38,564 nucleotides of DNA, taken from the NCBI GenBank assembly GCA_964619725.1, contig CAZUFC010000084.1:1-38564 (forward strand). The letters run 5' to 3'. Both the position numbers and the translations under genes were made by a program. Position 1 is the stretch's first letter; every line of letters begins with the position of its first letter. Origin of the DNA: an uncultured bacterium. GTDB taxonomy: Bacteria; CSSED10-310; CAZUFC01. The notes beneath the pieces are model-generated. The model had not been told where the DNA came from. It ran no database searches and was given only the letters and a program-made list of their open reading frames with translations. Shown one piece after another: positions 8,543 to 18,089 of this stretch.

Positions 8543-11500
8543 TCAATTATAACTCCTGTATTTTTTGCGTACCATGCATGCTGCAGCCAGCGTCAATATC
8601 CCAAATAAGGATATAACGGCTGATAGGCTTCGGAGCCCTGTATTACGGAATGAAACTTCCAGTCGACTCTCATTGATCGGTGAAATCTTCAATAATATTC
8701 TTCCCTCGTCATCCTTATTGATCTTTATGGGATAACCGTCAATGGTCGCGCTCCAGCCTGGAAAATGATACCTTTCAAAACGTATGGTCGAATAATTCTC
8801 AGCCTCTATGATACCCGCTGTTTTATGCGTTTCGACTGCCGCATCCTGAAATGTGCAATCGCCTTTCAATATGGTATATTCATACTTCTTGTAATCCAGC
8901 GGCACAGCGTCGAGGGGCATGTATTTATCGTTTTCGGTGAGCGTTGAACCGGATTCGGCTAATTTTTTCGGGGTAAGCATTTTTCGGAAACCTGAATGAA
9001 AAATGGAAAAATTGTTGGGCAAGGTCATTACATGGTAAAAATTCATGCCGGCGCTGCTTAAAAAGAGCAGAACAAGAAGAATTAAACCGGAAATTCTGAT
9101 GAACTTGTTTTTCAGTTTCGCTAACAGGTAAATCATTGACCCGCCGATGATGCTGAATCCGATCACGGCAATAGGATAAAAATTTGAAGGCAGCCGTATT
9201 ACTTTGAAATAGGTCAGATTCTGCCAGAGAAAACGGCTGAATTGAGTGGTCAGGATCAGGGAAAGCGCTATCATGACGAGAACCGCGAGAAGGAAATTGG
9301 TACGGTTGTTTTTTTGAAATATGAGCCGGAAGAAAAGAGCGGGAAACGCCAGCAGAAGAATGGGATAGATATAAGGGAAGCCTCCGGAGACTCTGAAGAC
9401 GTCGTTGGGATTATCCGGGTGGACCAGGGGAGAAACAGTCGTGAAATTACGGCATGATTCCAGGAAATCGTTCCCCCATTGATGAACAGCGGCCTGGAGA
9501 GGCGGAATATGAACCGAATCTCTTTCAAGTAAAGCCGGCATCCAGAACACGGCGGTCAGGATGAAGGCCAGGACAAGAATAAAGCTGAGTTGGATTGAAC
9601 GGGGTTTTAAGCTGTTCAGTTTATTTTTGCCTCCGGCCAGGGATATCAGGATAATAAAAGGAAGAAAAGCCAGGGTTGTGGGAATACAGGACAGTATCAT
9701 GCATGAAAGGGCCAGAACGGCTCCGGCAATGTACCAGAAGGAGTTATTTTTTATCAGTGCAACGATAAAGCCCAGCATCCAGATACCGGAGGTAAGGGCG
9801 GGAAGTTCCTGGAAATTGCCCTGGGAATAGATAATAGAGAGGAAATAAGGAGAATAGACGAAAAGGGAGGCGGCGAAAATGCCGGCGCCCAGACCGAACA
9901 GATTCCAGACGATAAAACCGCAGCCCATGGAAGCTGCCAGAGTGCAACCACCTGCAAGCCATTGCATCGCTTGAATGTAACCGAACCCTAGAAATTTAAG
10001 GATGCTGACGCAAAAGTAAAACAAAGGGGCAAAATAAATGAACAACGGCATGCCGTAACCGCTTGCGGTATGAGCCGACCAGCGCGGGAACAGTACGCCT
10101 TCTGTGAAGGCGCTGTAATGTTCCATGCTGCGAAGCAGGAAGTTCTGCGTTTGCGGATTGTTTGGAAATCCGAAGTAGAAAAGAGGAATTAAAGCCGGCA
10201 TGGCGGGCAGCAACATTAACAGGATTTCAAAGGCCGGCCGCAATTGTTTGCGTCTGAAGTCCTGCTTTTTGTGCTTTTTTTCCTCCATGAGCTTTCTTCT
10301 TAATTGTTGTTTGAGCAGCTTTGACCTTTCAGCATCAGGTTTAGCCCGGCTTTCGGCTTCGGTCAGGATCATCGTCGCCAGGCTGTCTTTACGGAGTCCG
10401 AAGCTTTCTTTTTCCTTTTCCGGCTGTTCATCGTCCTGAGTCAAAATGACTGTGGACATCTGATTGTTTTCGTTTTCCGCATTCTCATCGACCGGACCTT
10501 CGTATTCTCGTTTATAGGAGCTTGAGATTAACTGAAGATTATTAGGATCATCGCCCAGGAATTTCAGGTTCCTCGAATACAACCTGTAACGGAAAGGGTC
10601 TCTGTGCTTTTTAGATAATTCCGCCATGCGACTTAAATGGTCCGGATTAAAAGGATCATCGTATAATTTTTGTTCAAGTTCGTCGATCTCCGGAACGTCC
10701 TTGACGTTCGGATAGAACCTGTGAGTTTCCGAGAGTTCCTCGAATTTTTTAATGATATCCTTATCTTTAGGCGAAAGAAGGTAAGCCCGATACAGATGTA
10801 TGACTGCTTCCGCCTTTCTGTTTTTTTTCAGACATGCCGCAGACCGTGCCAGGCATCGCCTGGTGCGGCGTTTTCTGGACTCTATCTCAGCCGGACCGGG
10901 TTCGGTCAGAAAATGAGAAAATTTCTTTCTGTCGAAGTTTTTATCTAACTTGTGCAGTATTTTCCTTGCCTCGTGCATCATTTCGGCAGCAGATTGAAAA
11001 CGCTCATCCGGGTCTTTTTTAAGAACGCGATAAGCGAAATTGTCCAGATATTCCGGGAGTGTCGGGTTATATTTAAGCAGGGAGATATACGGTTTGTTCA
11101 GGATATTGATGGTTGTTTTTCCGGGATTATCCGACAGGTATGGATTATGACCGGACAGCATCTCATAAAAAATAATGCCGGCAGAAAAAAGATCGGAGCG
11201 TTGATCGACTTCTCCGCCGATGGTTTGTTCCGGCGACATGTAGGCGGGAGTTCCCGCAATTCCGTTCCTGCGGCCATCCCGTGAAAGATCGGAAACATTA
11301 GAAATGCCGAAATCGCTTATTTTGGCCCAGCCGGATTCATCCAGCAGAATGTTGGACGGTTTTAAATCCTGATGAACGACGCCTTCTCTGTGAGCGTGAG
11401 AAATTCCTTTCAAAATGTCCAGCAATATGAATAAAGCGAATTCGGGCGGGGTTACGTACCGCTTCCTTAACAGTTCGTTCAAACTGCCGCCCGAAATGTA

Positions 11501-11782
11501 TTCCATCGCAAAACAATAGTCGCTCTCCAGAATACCGTAACTCACGACGTTGACGATATTCGGATGATCCAGTCCTGCAGTTATTTTAATCTCCTGAAAA
11601 AAGCGGTCAACGGCTTCGGGCTTGCCTTCGCCCTCCGGTTTCATCATTTTTAACGCATACGTTTTTGTCGTTTCCCGGTTCGTATACAAGTGAATAACAG
11701 ACATGCCTCCCTCGTGCAAAACGCCGGAGAGATCACAACTTTCCAGTAATTTGTCGAGAGAGATGAATTCCTTTTTTTTCAC
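8543..11782 (-). CDS. Hanks-type Ser/Thr protein kinase fused via TPR-like and charged linker to a polytopic membrane domain (PTPS-related/YfhO-like, GT-C fold)
   Basis: Kinase: YALK, HPNIV, AMEY, HQDLKPSNILL, DFG, GTPAYMSPEQ, SDLFSAG. C-terminal half has many TM segments, GVLFPRW...GYGMPLFIYFAPL, FWMPALLE and YHFPGWSATIDG. Confidence 0.85.
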   Translation of the reverse strand: MKKKEFISLDKLLESCDLSGVLHEGGMSVIHLYTNRETTKTYALKMMKPEGEGKPEAVDRFFQEIKITAGLDHPNIVNVVSYGILESDYCFAMEYISGGSLNELLRKRYVTPPEFALFILLDILKGISHAHREGVVHQDLKPSNILLDESGWAKISDFGISNVSDLSRDGRRNGIAGTPAYMSPEQTIGGEVDQRSDLFSAGIIFYEMLSGHNPYLSDNPGKTTINILNKPYISLLKYNPTLPEYLDNFAYRVLKKDPDERFQSAAEMMHEARKILHKLDKNFDRKKFSHFLTEPGPAEIESRKRRTRRCLARSAACLKKNRKAEAVIHLYRAYLLSPKDKDIIKKFEELSETHRFYPNVKDVPEIDELEQKLYDDPFNPDHLSRMAELSKKHRDPFRYRLYSRNLKFLGDDPNNLQLISSSYKREYEGPVDENAENENNQMSTVILTQDDEQPEKEKESFGLRKDSLATMILTEAESRAKPDAERSKLLKQQLRRKLMEEKKHKKQDFRRKQLRPAFEILLMLLPAMPALIPLFYFGFPNNPQTQNFLLRSMEHYSAFTEGVLFPRWSAHTASGYGMPLFIYFAPLFYFCVSILKFLGFGYIQAMQWLAGGCTLAASMGCGFIVWNLFGLGAGIFAASLFVYSPYFLSIIYSQGNFQELPALTSGIWMLGFIVALIKNNSFWYIAGAVLALSCMILSCIPTTLAFLPFIILISLAGGKNKLNSLKPRSIQLSFILVLAFILTAVFWMPALLERDSVHIPPLQAAVHQWGNDFLESCRNFTTVSPLVHPDNPNDVFRVSGGFPYIYPILLLAFPALFFRLIFQKNNRTNFLLAVLVMIALSLILTTQFSRFLWQNLTYFKVIRLPSNFYPIAVIGFSIIGGSMIYLLAKLKNKFIRISGLILLVLLFLSSAGMNFYHVMTLPNNFSIFHSGFRKMLTPKKLAESGSTLTENDKYMPLDAVPLDYKKYEYTILKGDCTFQDAAVETHKTAGIIEAENYSTIRFERYHFPGWSATIDGYPIKINKDDEGRILLKISPINESRLEVSFRNTGLRSLSAVISLFGILTLAAACMVRKKYRSYN

Positions 11783-11925
11783 GTGACGTTACCCGGAAAG
11801 GAGTAAACAAAAATCGTAAGGCGAAAGCCTTTCCCCTTAATAATGATAATTCATTTTTTTCAAATAGCAAGCCGATTGACGATGCAGCGCCTGAAGCCGC
11901 CGTCATTCTTTTTGCTGTTTGCAAT

Positions 11926-13332
11926 TCAAGTCGTGTCGTTTTTCTGGTCTATCCTAATGAGTCCTTCAAATCGGTAAGTCTCGCCGGCCAGGTATTGCGA
12001 ATCGTTTTTTATACGGGAATATTGAAGCGTTCGGCTGCTGAGCTGTTTATCAGTATTGGTGGCCTGGGTTAAAAAATCATTTTTATCTTTTAATATTTGA
12101 AAACTAACGGAGGGCAATTTCAAATTGGCTAATTTAACTTCTTTGACACCGATCAGGCCGTGTTCCATCCCGATGCCGATGATGCGGGTGCCGAATTTTT
12201 CATCGAATTCGGGAGGATAGTCGCCTTGTTCGTCGGGAGTGAACCATTGACGGTATTTATCGGAGATCATCAGGTTGACGGTATCGTTTTTTATCATAAC
12301 GTCATGAGCGACCTTCATTTCAATATTCCACCGGATGCTTTTTTCAGACTCCACGATGACTTCCCAGGTCTGTTTGACGGGGAGCAGCTTCCAGGAACCA
12401 TGCGCCTTCAAATAGTCCTCGCTGCTATCCAGAATTTCCCAATGAGCATCCGTCGATGTTTGCCAGGAAGCGGAAGACATGAGGTATGTATGACCGCAGA
12501 GGTTTTTAGTCAATTCGATTCCGTTGTAGAAGATGATCAGCTTTCCCTTTTCGAATATGATGGACAACGGCCCCCGTGAGAGAGTAGTGAGTCCGAATTT
12601 ACGTCCGACGTACATCAGATAATTGGTGGTAATTTCTTCTATGCTGCCTTCCTGGTGGATCAGGCCGTTTCTCAACCAGTAGACTCTTTTACAAAGATCG
12701 CGTATCAGGCCGAGGTCGTGGGAAACAAGAAGGAGGGTCCTTCCGCTTTTCAGGTATTGATATATCCATTCTTTGCAATGTCTTTGAAATTCTTCGTCGC
12801 CGACCGCCAATACTTCATCCACAATTAGAATGGCGGGATCTAGCTGACTGGCGATGGCGAATCCTAATCGAACATACATACCGGAGGAATAATTTTTTAC
12901 CGGTTCATCGATAAATTTGGATATACCGGAAAAATCCACTATTTCATCAAATTTTCCGTCAATGTATTTCTTGTCGAAACCCAGAATAGTTCCGTTCAAG
13001 TAAATATTTTCTCTACCGGTCAATAAAGGGTGGAATCCTGCTCCGAGTTCCAGCAAGGCCGCTGTGCGCCCCCTTATGATAATTTCACCTTCCGTCGGTT
13101 GCGTGACGTTCGACAGTAATTTCAGCAAAGTAGTTTTGCCGGCGCCGTTTTCGCCGATTATTCCCACGCTTTCACCCGTCTCCACCGAGACGTTGAGGTC
13201 GCGCAAAGCCCAGAATTCGTCCGGCTCCGTCGATCTGAACAGCGCCTTGTTGATGATGTCCCGAAAAAGATAGCGACGAAAACGCCTCATTATGTATCGC
13301 TTGCCCAGATTTCGCAATTCTATCGCTTTCAT
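11926..13332 (-). CDS. wzt: Polysaccharide ABC exporter ATP-binding subunit with long C-terminal domain
   Basis: FWAL, GENGAGKTTLLK, LLELGAGFHP.LTGRENI, YSSGMYVRLGFA, ILIVDEVLAVGD, VSHD; ATG 13332 with SD AGGAG. Confidence 0.93.
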   Translation of the reverse strand: MKAIELRNLGKRYIMRRFRRYLFRDIINKALFRSTEPDEFWALRDLNVSVETGESVGIIGENGAGKTTLLKLLSNVTQPTEGEIIIRGRTAALLELGAGFHPLLTGRENIYLNGTILGFDKKYIDGKFDEIVDFSGISKFIDEPVKNYSSGMYVRLGFAIASQLDPAILIVDEVLAVGDEEFQRHCKEWIYQYLKSGRTLLLVSHDLGLIRDLCKRVYWLRNGLIHQEGSIEEITTNYLMYVGRKFGLTTLSRGPLSIIFEKGKLIIFYNGIELTKNLCGHTYLMSSASWQTSTDAHWEILDSSEDYLKAHGSWKLLPVKQTWEVIVESEKSIRWNIEMKVAHDVMIKNDTVNLMISDKYRQWFTPDEQGDYPPEFDEKFGTRIIGIGMEHGLIGVKEVKLANLKLPSVSFQILKDKNDFLTQATNTDKQLSSRTLQYSRIKNDSQYLAGETYRFEGLIRIDQKNDTT

Positions 13333-13345
13333 GGTCTCCTGCCCG

Positions 13346-14212
13346 CTAAACCAGGTCAGCAAATGAAGGCTCGAAATTCCGGAATACTTTCAAACCGATC
13401 CAGAAAATCAGTAGGGATGAAATGAACGTATATGATGCGATCAATAATGAAGGCGGCTGATGATAAAAAAACGCGGAACGAAACAGATGTATTATTCCTG
13501 CCACAGGATTCAAATAATAGAGAGGAAGATATTTCTGAAATTCCTCCGGGATCATCGACGCAGGATAAAGAATAGGAGAAACGTAAAACCAGAACATTAT
13601 CAGCAAATCCTTTACGTAGAGCGTGTCCTGATAAATTACCGTCAGCGCGCTCGATAATAAACTCATCCCTACCGTAAAAAGAAAAAGAATCAAAATGGCC
13701 GCCGGAAGGAACAATACCCAGATCGATATTCCGATCCCGCTGAACAACAGAAATATAAGCAATACGCCCAGGGATATAATGAAATCCGTTAAATTGTTGA
13801 AAATTTTTGAGAGTGGAATTATCTCCCTCGGAAAATATATCTTCTTGATCAGCGCTGCATCATCCTTGATGCATGTCGTGGACATGCCGATGCTGAACAG
13901 AAAAAATGTCCAGGGAATTAACCCGCACAGCAGAAAGGCCGGGTAATTCTTGATCCCGAAACGCAGCACAAACGAAAAAATAAAAAAGAAGATCACCATT
14001 TGCGCCAGCGGATAAATCAGCGCCCACAGGAAACCCAATGTGGCATACTTATATTTTATTTTAAGCTCCTTCTTGGTAAGAAAAATCAGCAGGTCCCGTC
14101 TCCGGTAAATTTCCCTGATCTTTTCAAGACCCGGGAATCGCCCCTGTTTTTCTCTGCTGTTTTTACTGCGGATCGTCCTTTCCGCTGTCGTTATGTCGCT
14201 TGATTCTGCCAT
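13346..14212 (-). CDS. wzm: Polysaccharide ABC exporter permease
   Basis: KYKYATLGFLWALIYPL, LIKKIYFPREI, FYVSPILYP, LNPV; about six TM segments; adjacent to wzt. Confidence 0.93.
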   Translation of the reverse strand: MAESSDITTAERTIRSKNSREKQGRFPGLEKIREIYRRRDLLIFLTKKELKIKYKYATLGFLWALIYPLAQMVIFFFIFSFVLRFGIKNYPAFLLCGLIPWTFFLFSIGMSTTCIKDDAALIKKIYFPREIIPLSKIFNNLTDFIISLGVLLIFLLFSGIGISIWVLFLPAAILILFLFTVGMSLLSSALTVIYQDTLYVKDLLIMFWFYVSPILYPASMIPEEFQKYLPLYYLNPVAGIIHLFRSAFFYHQPPSLLIASYTFISSLLIFWIGLKVFRNFEPSFADLV

Positions 14213-14468
14213 TTTGCCTGTTTGTTTAAAACCCGTCGGCCCGTATAAAAAATCGATGTAAAAAATCCTTCAATAAACAATAGAGGATCATTTCGGAGCA
14301 GAAGTATATGTCGGTTCGGGTCGGTCGTCAAGTAGGGAGAAATCCTCAGAACAAGAAGCGAGCCTGACATGAGGGAAAGCGGGCGGGGTGATGTTTCGAT
14401 TCAAAATTTGGGCAAGGGATGCTCCGTATGAATATGGGATTAGGAGTTACAGGGATTTGCGAAGGGCT

Positions 14469-14496
14469 CTGACCCCATTTCGCTGACCCCATTTCG
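14469..14496 (+). repeat. Perfect tandem duplication of 14-mer CTGACCCCATTTCG
   Basis: CTGACCCCATTTCG at 14469-14482 and 14483-14496. Confidence 0.9.
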
Positions 14497-14645
14497 CCTG
14501 CCCATGCGCAGACCTTCCCAGCATCAGCCCTTCAGCCCTTCCAAAATTCCTCTCTCCAATAAATAACGCCGGCTGAAAATTGGTGTTGATCTGTTTGCGA
14601 CTGAATTGGTAATTTCAGGGGTGAGCAGAGAGGGGAATCTTCACG

Positions 14646-16394
14646 GTGTCCGACAAACGCGAAATACGAAGAATAATCATCAATATTGCCGTTAAATTAT
14701 TTCTTTGGTGCATTCCGGCGACTTTATTTTTTTACCTGGCTGCTCCTCATGTCGCTAATCCCGACGGAACAGGTTATTATGCTCATTTGCGATCATTCTT
14801 TATCGACGGAGATTTCGTTTACTGGAATGAGTTCAGGGCTATGAGGATCAATCCCGATTTTTTACGCTCCACTGAAGAGGGGTTCGCGTCAAATCATTGG
14901 GCCCTGGGAACGCCGATGCTTTGGGCTCCCTGGTTTGCGCTGGGTCATCTGGAAGTGCGGTTATTGAATTCAGCCGGCATTCCGGTCCGGAATGACGGAT
15001 TCTCTTTTATCCATCAGTATTCAACCCTTTACGGCACCTGGTTCTGCGGTATGGCAGCTTTTATTATGGTCTATTATCTGATCAAAAATTCAGGAACAGA
15101 AACCTCGCTCGTTCCCATAACCGCGGTTTTTTTGGGCAGTCCATTCATTTTTTACCTGCTGCGATCCCCGTCCATGCCTCATATATGCTCTGTATTCGCT
15201 GTTTCTCTTTTGCTGTCGCTATGGCTGAAAATCACGAAAAATCCTCCTATTCCAAGGATAGTCTTTTACCTCGGACTGTCGGCCGGATTGGCTGTCGCCG
15301 TCAGAACGCAGAATATATTTTTCCTTGTTTTACCCGCGTCCCTGATTTTCCATAAAAAATTCAGAAGTTTCAGCCTGAAGCGAAAATTATTCTTCGCTGC
15401 GGCATTCGTTTTCGGTTTCCTTTCAATTCTGACGCCTCAGCTTATCGTGTGGAAAACGCTGTACGGATCTTTTTTTAAGAACCCTCAGGTGAGTTTCATG
15501 GAATGGACTTCACCCAACATCATCAGTGTATTGTTTTCTGCTTATCATGGCCTGTTTTTCTGGTCCCCGGCGCTCTTTGCAGGACTCCTGGGACTCGCTT
15601 TTTTCGCATACAAGAGGCCGGGACTGGGAATACCGATGGCGCTTGTTTTTTTGATGCAGCTTTACGTCAATTCCGCTTATGCGCTCTGGTGGGGAACGGG
15701 TTCCTTCGGCGGCCGAAGGTTTTTGAATTGTCTTCCCTTGTTTGCATTGGGCGCTGTTTATTTGCGAAATAAAACAAACAAGAAGGCATTCGATGCGATA
15801 CAGGGATTGTCGGCATTATGGACGATTCTTTTGTTCCTGTCCCATATGGGCGTTGAACGGCTTGTCGATTACGAAACGCCCAGGGAACTTTTCCTGCTTC
15901 AAAAAGAAACCCTTTTTTCATTACCCTCTCAGATGGCTGAGATGATTACCCGGCAGATGTACAATGCTGATGCTAAAAAGTATATAATGCCGCCTGTCGC
16001 GCTTATGGGTGCACTGGGATTATGGACGGTACGCGTTAAATCACGTGATCCTTTTTTCAAAAGGAATTCCAGGTTGCTTCCCGCCGCTCTGATCGCGCTG
16101 CTTTTCGTAATGAACATATTCGTTGCTGCAGCCGGGTTAAGAAGTAAAAAAATCGTTTCTCGATACGCTGCAGAGGCCGAATTATATTCACTTTCCGATT
16201 CAGCGTCGGGAAAAGCGTCCGAGATGGCGCTTTATCTCGGAAGGTCGGAATTGGCTGCTGCTGCAGGAGATTGGAATGAGGCTGAAGAAATGCTTCTGAA
16301 GGCATTGCAGTTTTATCCCGAACACCCGGACCTTAAGCGGCGATTAAGGGAGGTTCGAAGAGAATTGGAGGGGAACAGTAATGAGAAACGATAA
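14646..16394 (+). CDS. Polytopic membrane protein, probable GT-C glycosyltransferase with C-terminal TPR
   Basis: First-loop PDGTGYYAHLRS, many TM helices, HGLFFWSP, WWGTGSFGGRRFL; C-terminal GDWNEAEEMLLKALQFYPEHP TPR. Confidence 0.75.
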   Translation: MSDKREIRRIIINIAVKLFLWCIPATLFFYLAAPHVANPDGTGYYAHLRSFFIDGDFVYWNEFRAMRINPDFLRSTEEGFASNHWALGTPMLWAPWFALGHLEVRLLNSAGIPVRNDGFSFIHQYSTLYGTWFCGMAAFIMVYYLIKNSGTETSLVPITAVFLGSPFIFYLLRSPSMPHICSVFAVSLLLSLWLKITKNPPIPRIVFYLGLSAGLAVAVRTQNIFFLVLPASLIFHKKFRSFSLKRKLFFAAAFVFGFLSILTPQLIVWKTLYGSFFKNPQVSFMEWTSPNIISVLFSAYHGLFFWSPALFAGLLGLAFFAYKRPGLGIPMALVFLMQLYVNSAYALWWGTGSFGGRRFLNCLPLFALGAVYLRNKTNKKAFDAIQGLSALWTILLFLSHMGVERLVDYETPRELFLLQKETLFSLPSQMAEMITRQMYNADAKKYIMPPVALMGALGLWTVRVKSRDPFFKRNSRLLPAALIALLFVMNIFVAAAGLRSKKIVSRYAAEAELYSLSDSASGKASEMALYLGRSELAAAAGDWNEAEEMLLKALQFYPEHPDLKRRLREVRRELEGNSNEKR

Positions 16395-17145
16395 AGATGA
16401 AAACAGTCGGCGAAACAGAATAAATGCCGGGATACAAAGATTGCTGCCTTTAAAATTTACTATGGAGAATTTCAGTTTCGAGGATTTCATCTTATGTCCG
16501 GGTAATACCGAAGCTTTCCGGTTGATGAAAAGAATATCGGAAAACCTCCAGGCATTCCCTCTCATTTATGTTTACGGACCGGGAGGCGTAGGCAAAACGC
16601 ATCTGGTCGAAGCCCTGAGAGCAAAATTGAAAATATCTGAAAAGTCATCCGTTCCTAAGATATCTCTCGATAGAACCAGACCTGTGCAAAATTCTGAAGA
16701 GGGAGCGCCTGATTGGGACGAGGTTCCGGCGTTGATTATTGAAAATATAGACCGAATCGATGAAAGCCGGAGCCTGAAAACCAGCCTCTGGGACCTTATG
16801 AATGCATTTTTCAATCAAAACAAACCCGTAATCGTCACTTCAAGAGTCAAACCGGAGCTGATACCGGCGCTGGACGACCACCTCAGGTCCAGAATGAGAT
16901 GGGGGGTTATAGCGGAAATAACATGTCTGGATAATGATGCTAAAAAAGAAATCATAAAAAAAATGGCCCGGGACCATGGTTTCAAGCTGAAGGAACCTGC
17001 GATTAAATACCTTTCCCTGCATGCCCCCAGAGACTTGAACTTTATGCGCAGGATTCTTTCAGCCTTACAGCGGAAATCCCTGAAGGAAGGCCGACGCATT
17101 TCGCGTAATCTCATAAAAGAGGTCCTGGATTCCTTGGAAACATAG
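16381..17145 (+). CDS. hda: DnaA regulatory inactivator Hda-like AAA+ protein
   Basis: QRLLPL resembling the beta-clamp-binding hexapeptide, FSFEDF, GPGGVGKTHL Walker A, LRSRMRWG arginine finger; no DnaA domain IV; Walker B atypical (IIENID). Confidence 0.75.
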   Translation: MRNDKDENSRRNRINAGIQRLLPLKFTMENFSFEDFILCPGNTEAFRLMKRISENLQAFPLIYVYGPGGVGKTHLVEALRAKLKISEKSSVPKISLDRTRPVQNSEEGAPDWDEVPALIIENIDRIDESRSLKTSLWDLMNAFFNQNKPVIVTSRVKPELIPALDDHLRSRMRWGVIAEITCLDNDAKKEIIKKMARDHGFKLKEPAIKYLSLHAPRDLNFMRRILSALQRKSLKEGRRISRNLIKEVLDSLET

Positions 17146-17279
17146 TCATTCTGATTACACATCGCAACGCGGAATAAACGCAGACGTATTTGACGCTCCA
17201 AAATTCACATCTCCTGACATTAACTGATAAAAAATTGCGAAATTTTTGACGAAACGACAAGAGTCGATCAAAAAATTCA

Positions 17280-17337
17280 GCATTGATCAAAAATGCGTCT
17301 TTTGAGGTGACAATTCGACAGAATGTCCCATCATTTT
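17280..17337 (+). repeat. Left copy of 58-bp direct repeat bracketing the chemosensory cluster
   Basis: GCATTGATCAAAAATGCGTCTTTTGAGGTGACAATTCGACAGAATGTCCCATCATTTT; 51/58 ungapped identity to 31245-31302. Confidence 0.9.
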
Positions 17338-17362
17338 TGATTTGAAGGTTTCAGTCCGTAGC

Positions 17363-17378
17363 CGGCACAGGAGTTGCA
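17363..17378 (+). promoter_or_regulatory. Putative sigma54 (-24/-12) promoter of the che cluster
   Basis: CGGCACAGGAGTTGCA matches TGGCAC-N5-TTGC with exact GG-N10-GC spacing. Confidence 0.65.
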
Positions 17379-17642
17379 GCGTCTCAAGCTTGTCTGTTTT
17401 GTGTGATCCATTTTGGACACCGTGAGTCACATCTGTAAAACTAACAAAAACAAAAAATAGAAGAAAAGCGAGAGACCGGAAGTGGTGCGGTCATAGTGCG
17501 TAATCGGACACACAGAAGGCACACATTAAATGCGTAATAAACAGGAAAAGTACACATCGTCTCACTGCATGATATCTGAAGTCCCTTTCGAAACGATTTC
17601 GGGGGAACGACAGAGAGCAGGGATAACTGGAGGTAAAGAATT

Positions 17643-18089
17643 ATGGGATTAAGAGCGCTGGTTGTTGATGATTCCCGGGTCATGAGGAACATGGTCATGA
17701 AGGCGCTGAGTAAAACTGAGCTGACGAGTTTTGAATTCACCGAGGCGGAGAACGGGGTGGATGCATTATCCAAGTTCAATCCGCACAGCATCGACATAAT
17801 GTTTGTAGATATTAATATGCCGAAGATGAACGGGATAGAACTGGTCAGAAAAGTGCGAGATCAAAAGGATGCGAAGGAGCTGCCCATCGTTATGATAACC
17901 AGCGAGAAGACAATGGATAAGGTGGAGGCAGCCCTGGATTCTGCGGGAGCAGACTCTTACATAACGAAACCTTTTACAGTGGATGAATTGAATAAGAAGC
18001 TGGAAACGCTGATTTACAAGGCCGGCAAACGTGCCGATTCGATGAAAAAGCAAAAGTCATCGGGTTTTTTCAGCAAGCTTTTGAAATAA
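17643..18089 (+). CDS. cheY: Chemotaxis response regulator (CheY-like) with basic C-terminal tail
   Basis: VVDDS, FVDINMPKMNG, MITS, YITKPF; SD GGAGG. Confidence 0.9.
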   Translation: MGLRALVVDDSRVMRNMVMKALSKTELTSFEFTEAENGVDALSKFNPHSIDIMFVDINMPKMNGIELVRKVRDQKDAKELPIVMITSEKTMDKVEAALDSAGADSYITKPFTVDELNKKLETLIYKAGKRADSMKKQKSSGFFSKLLK

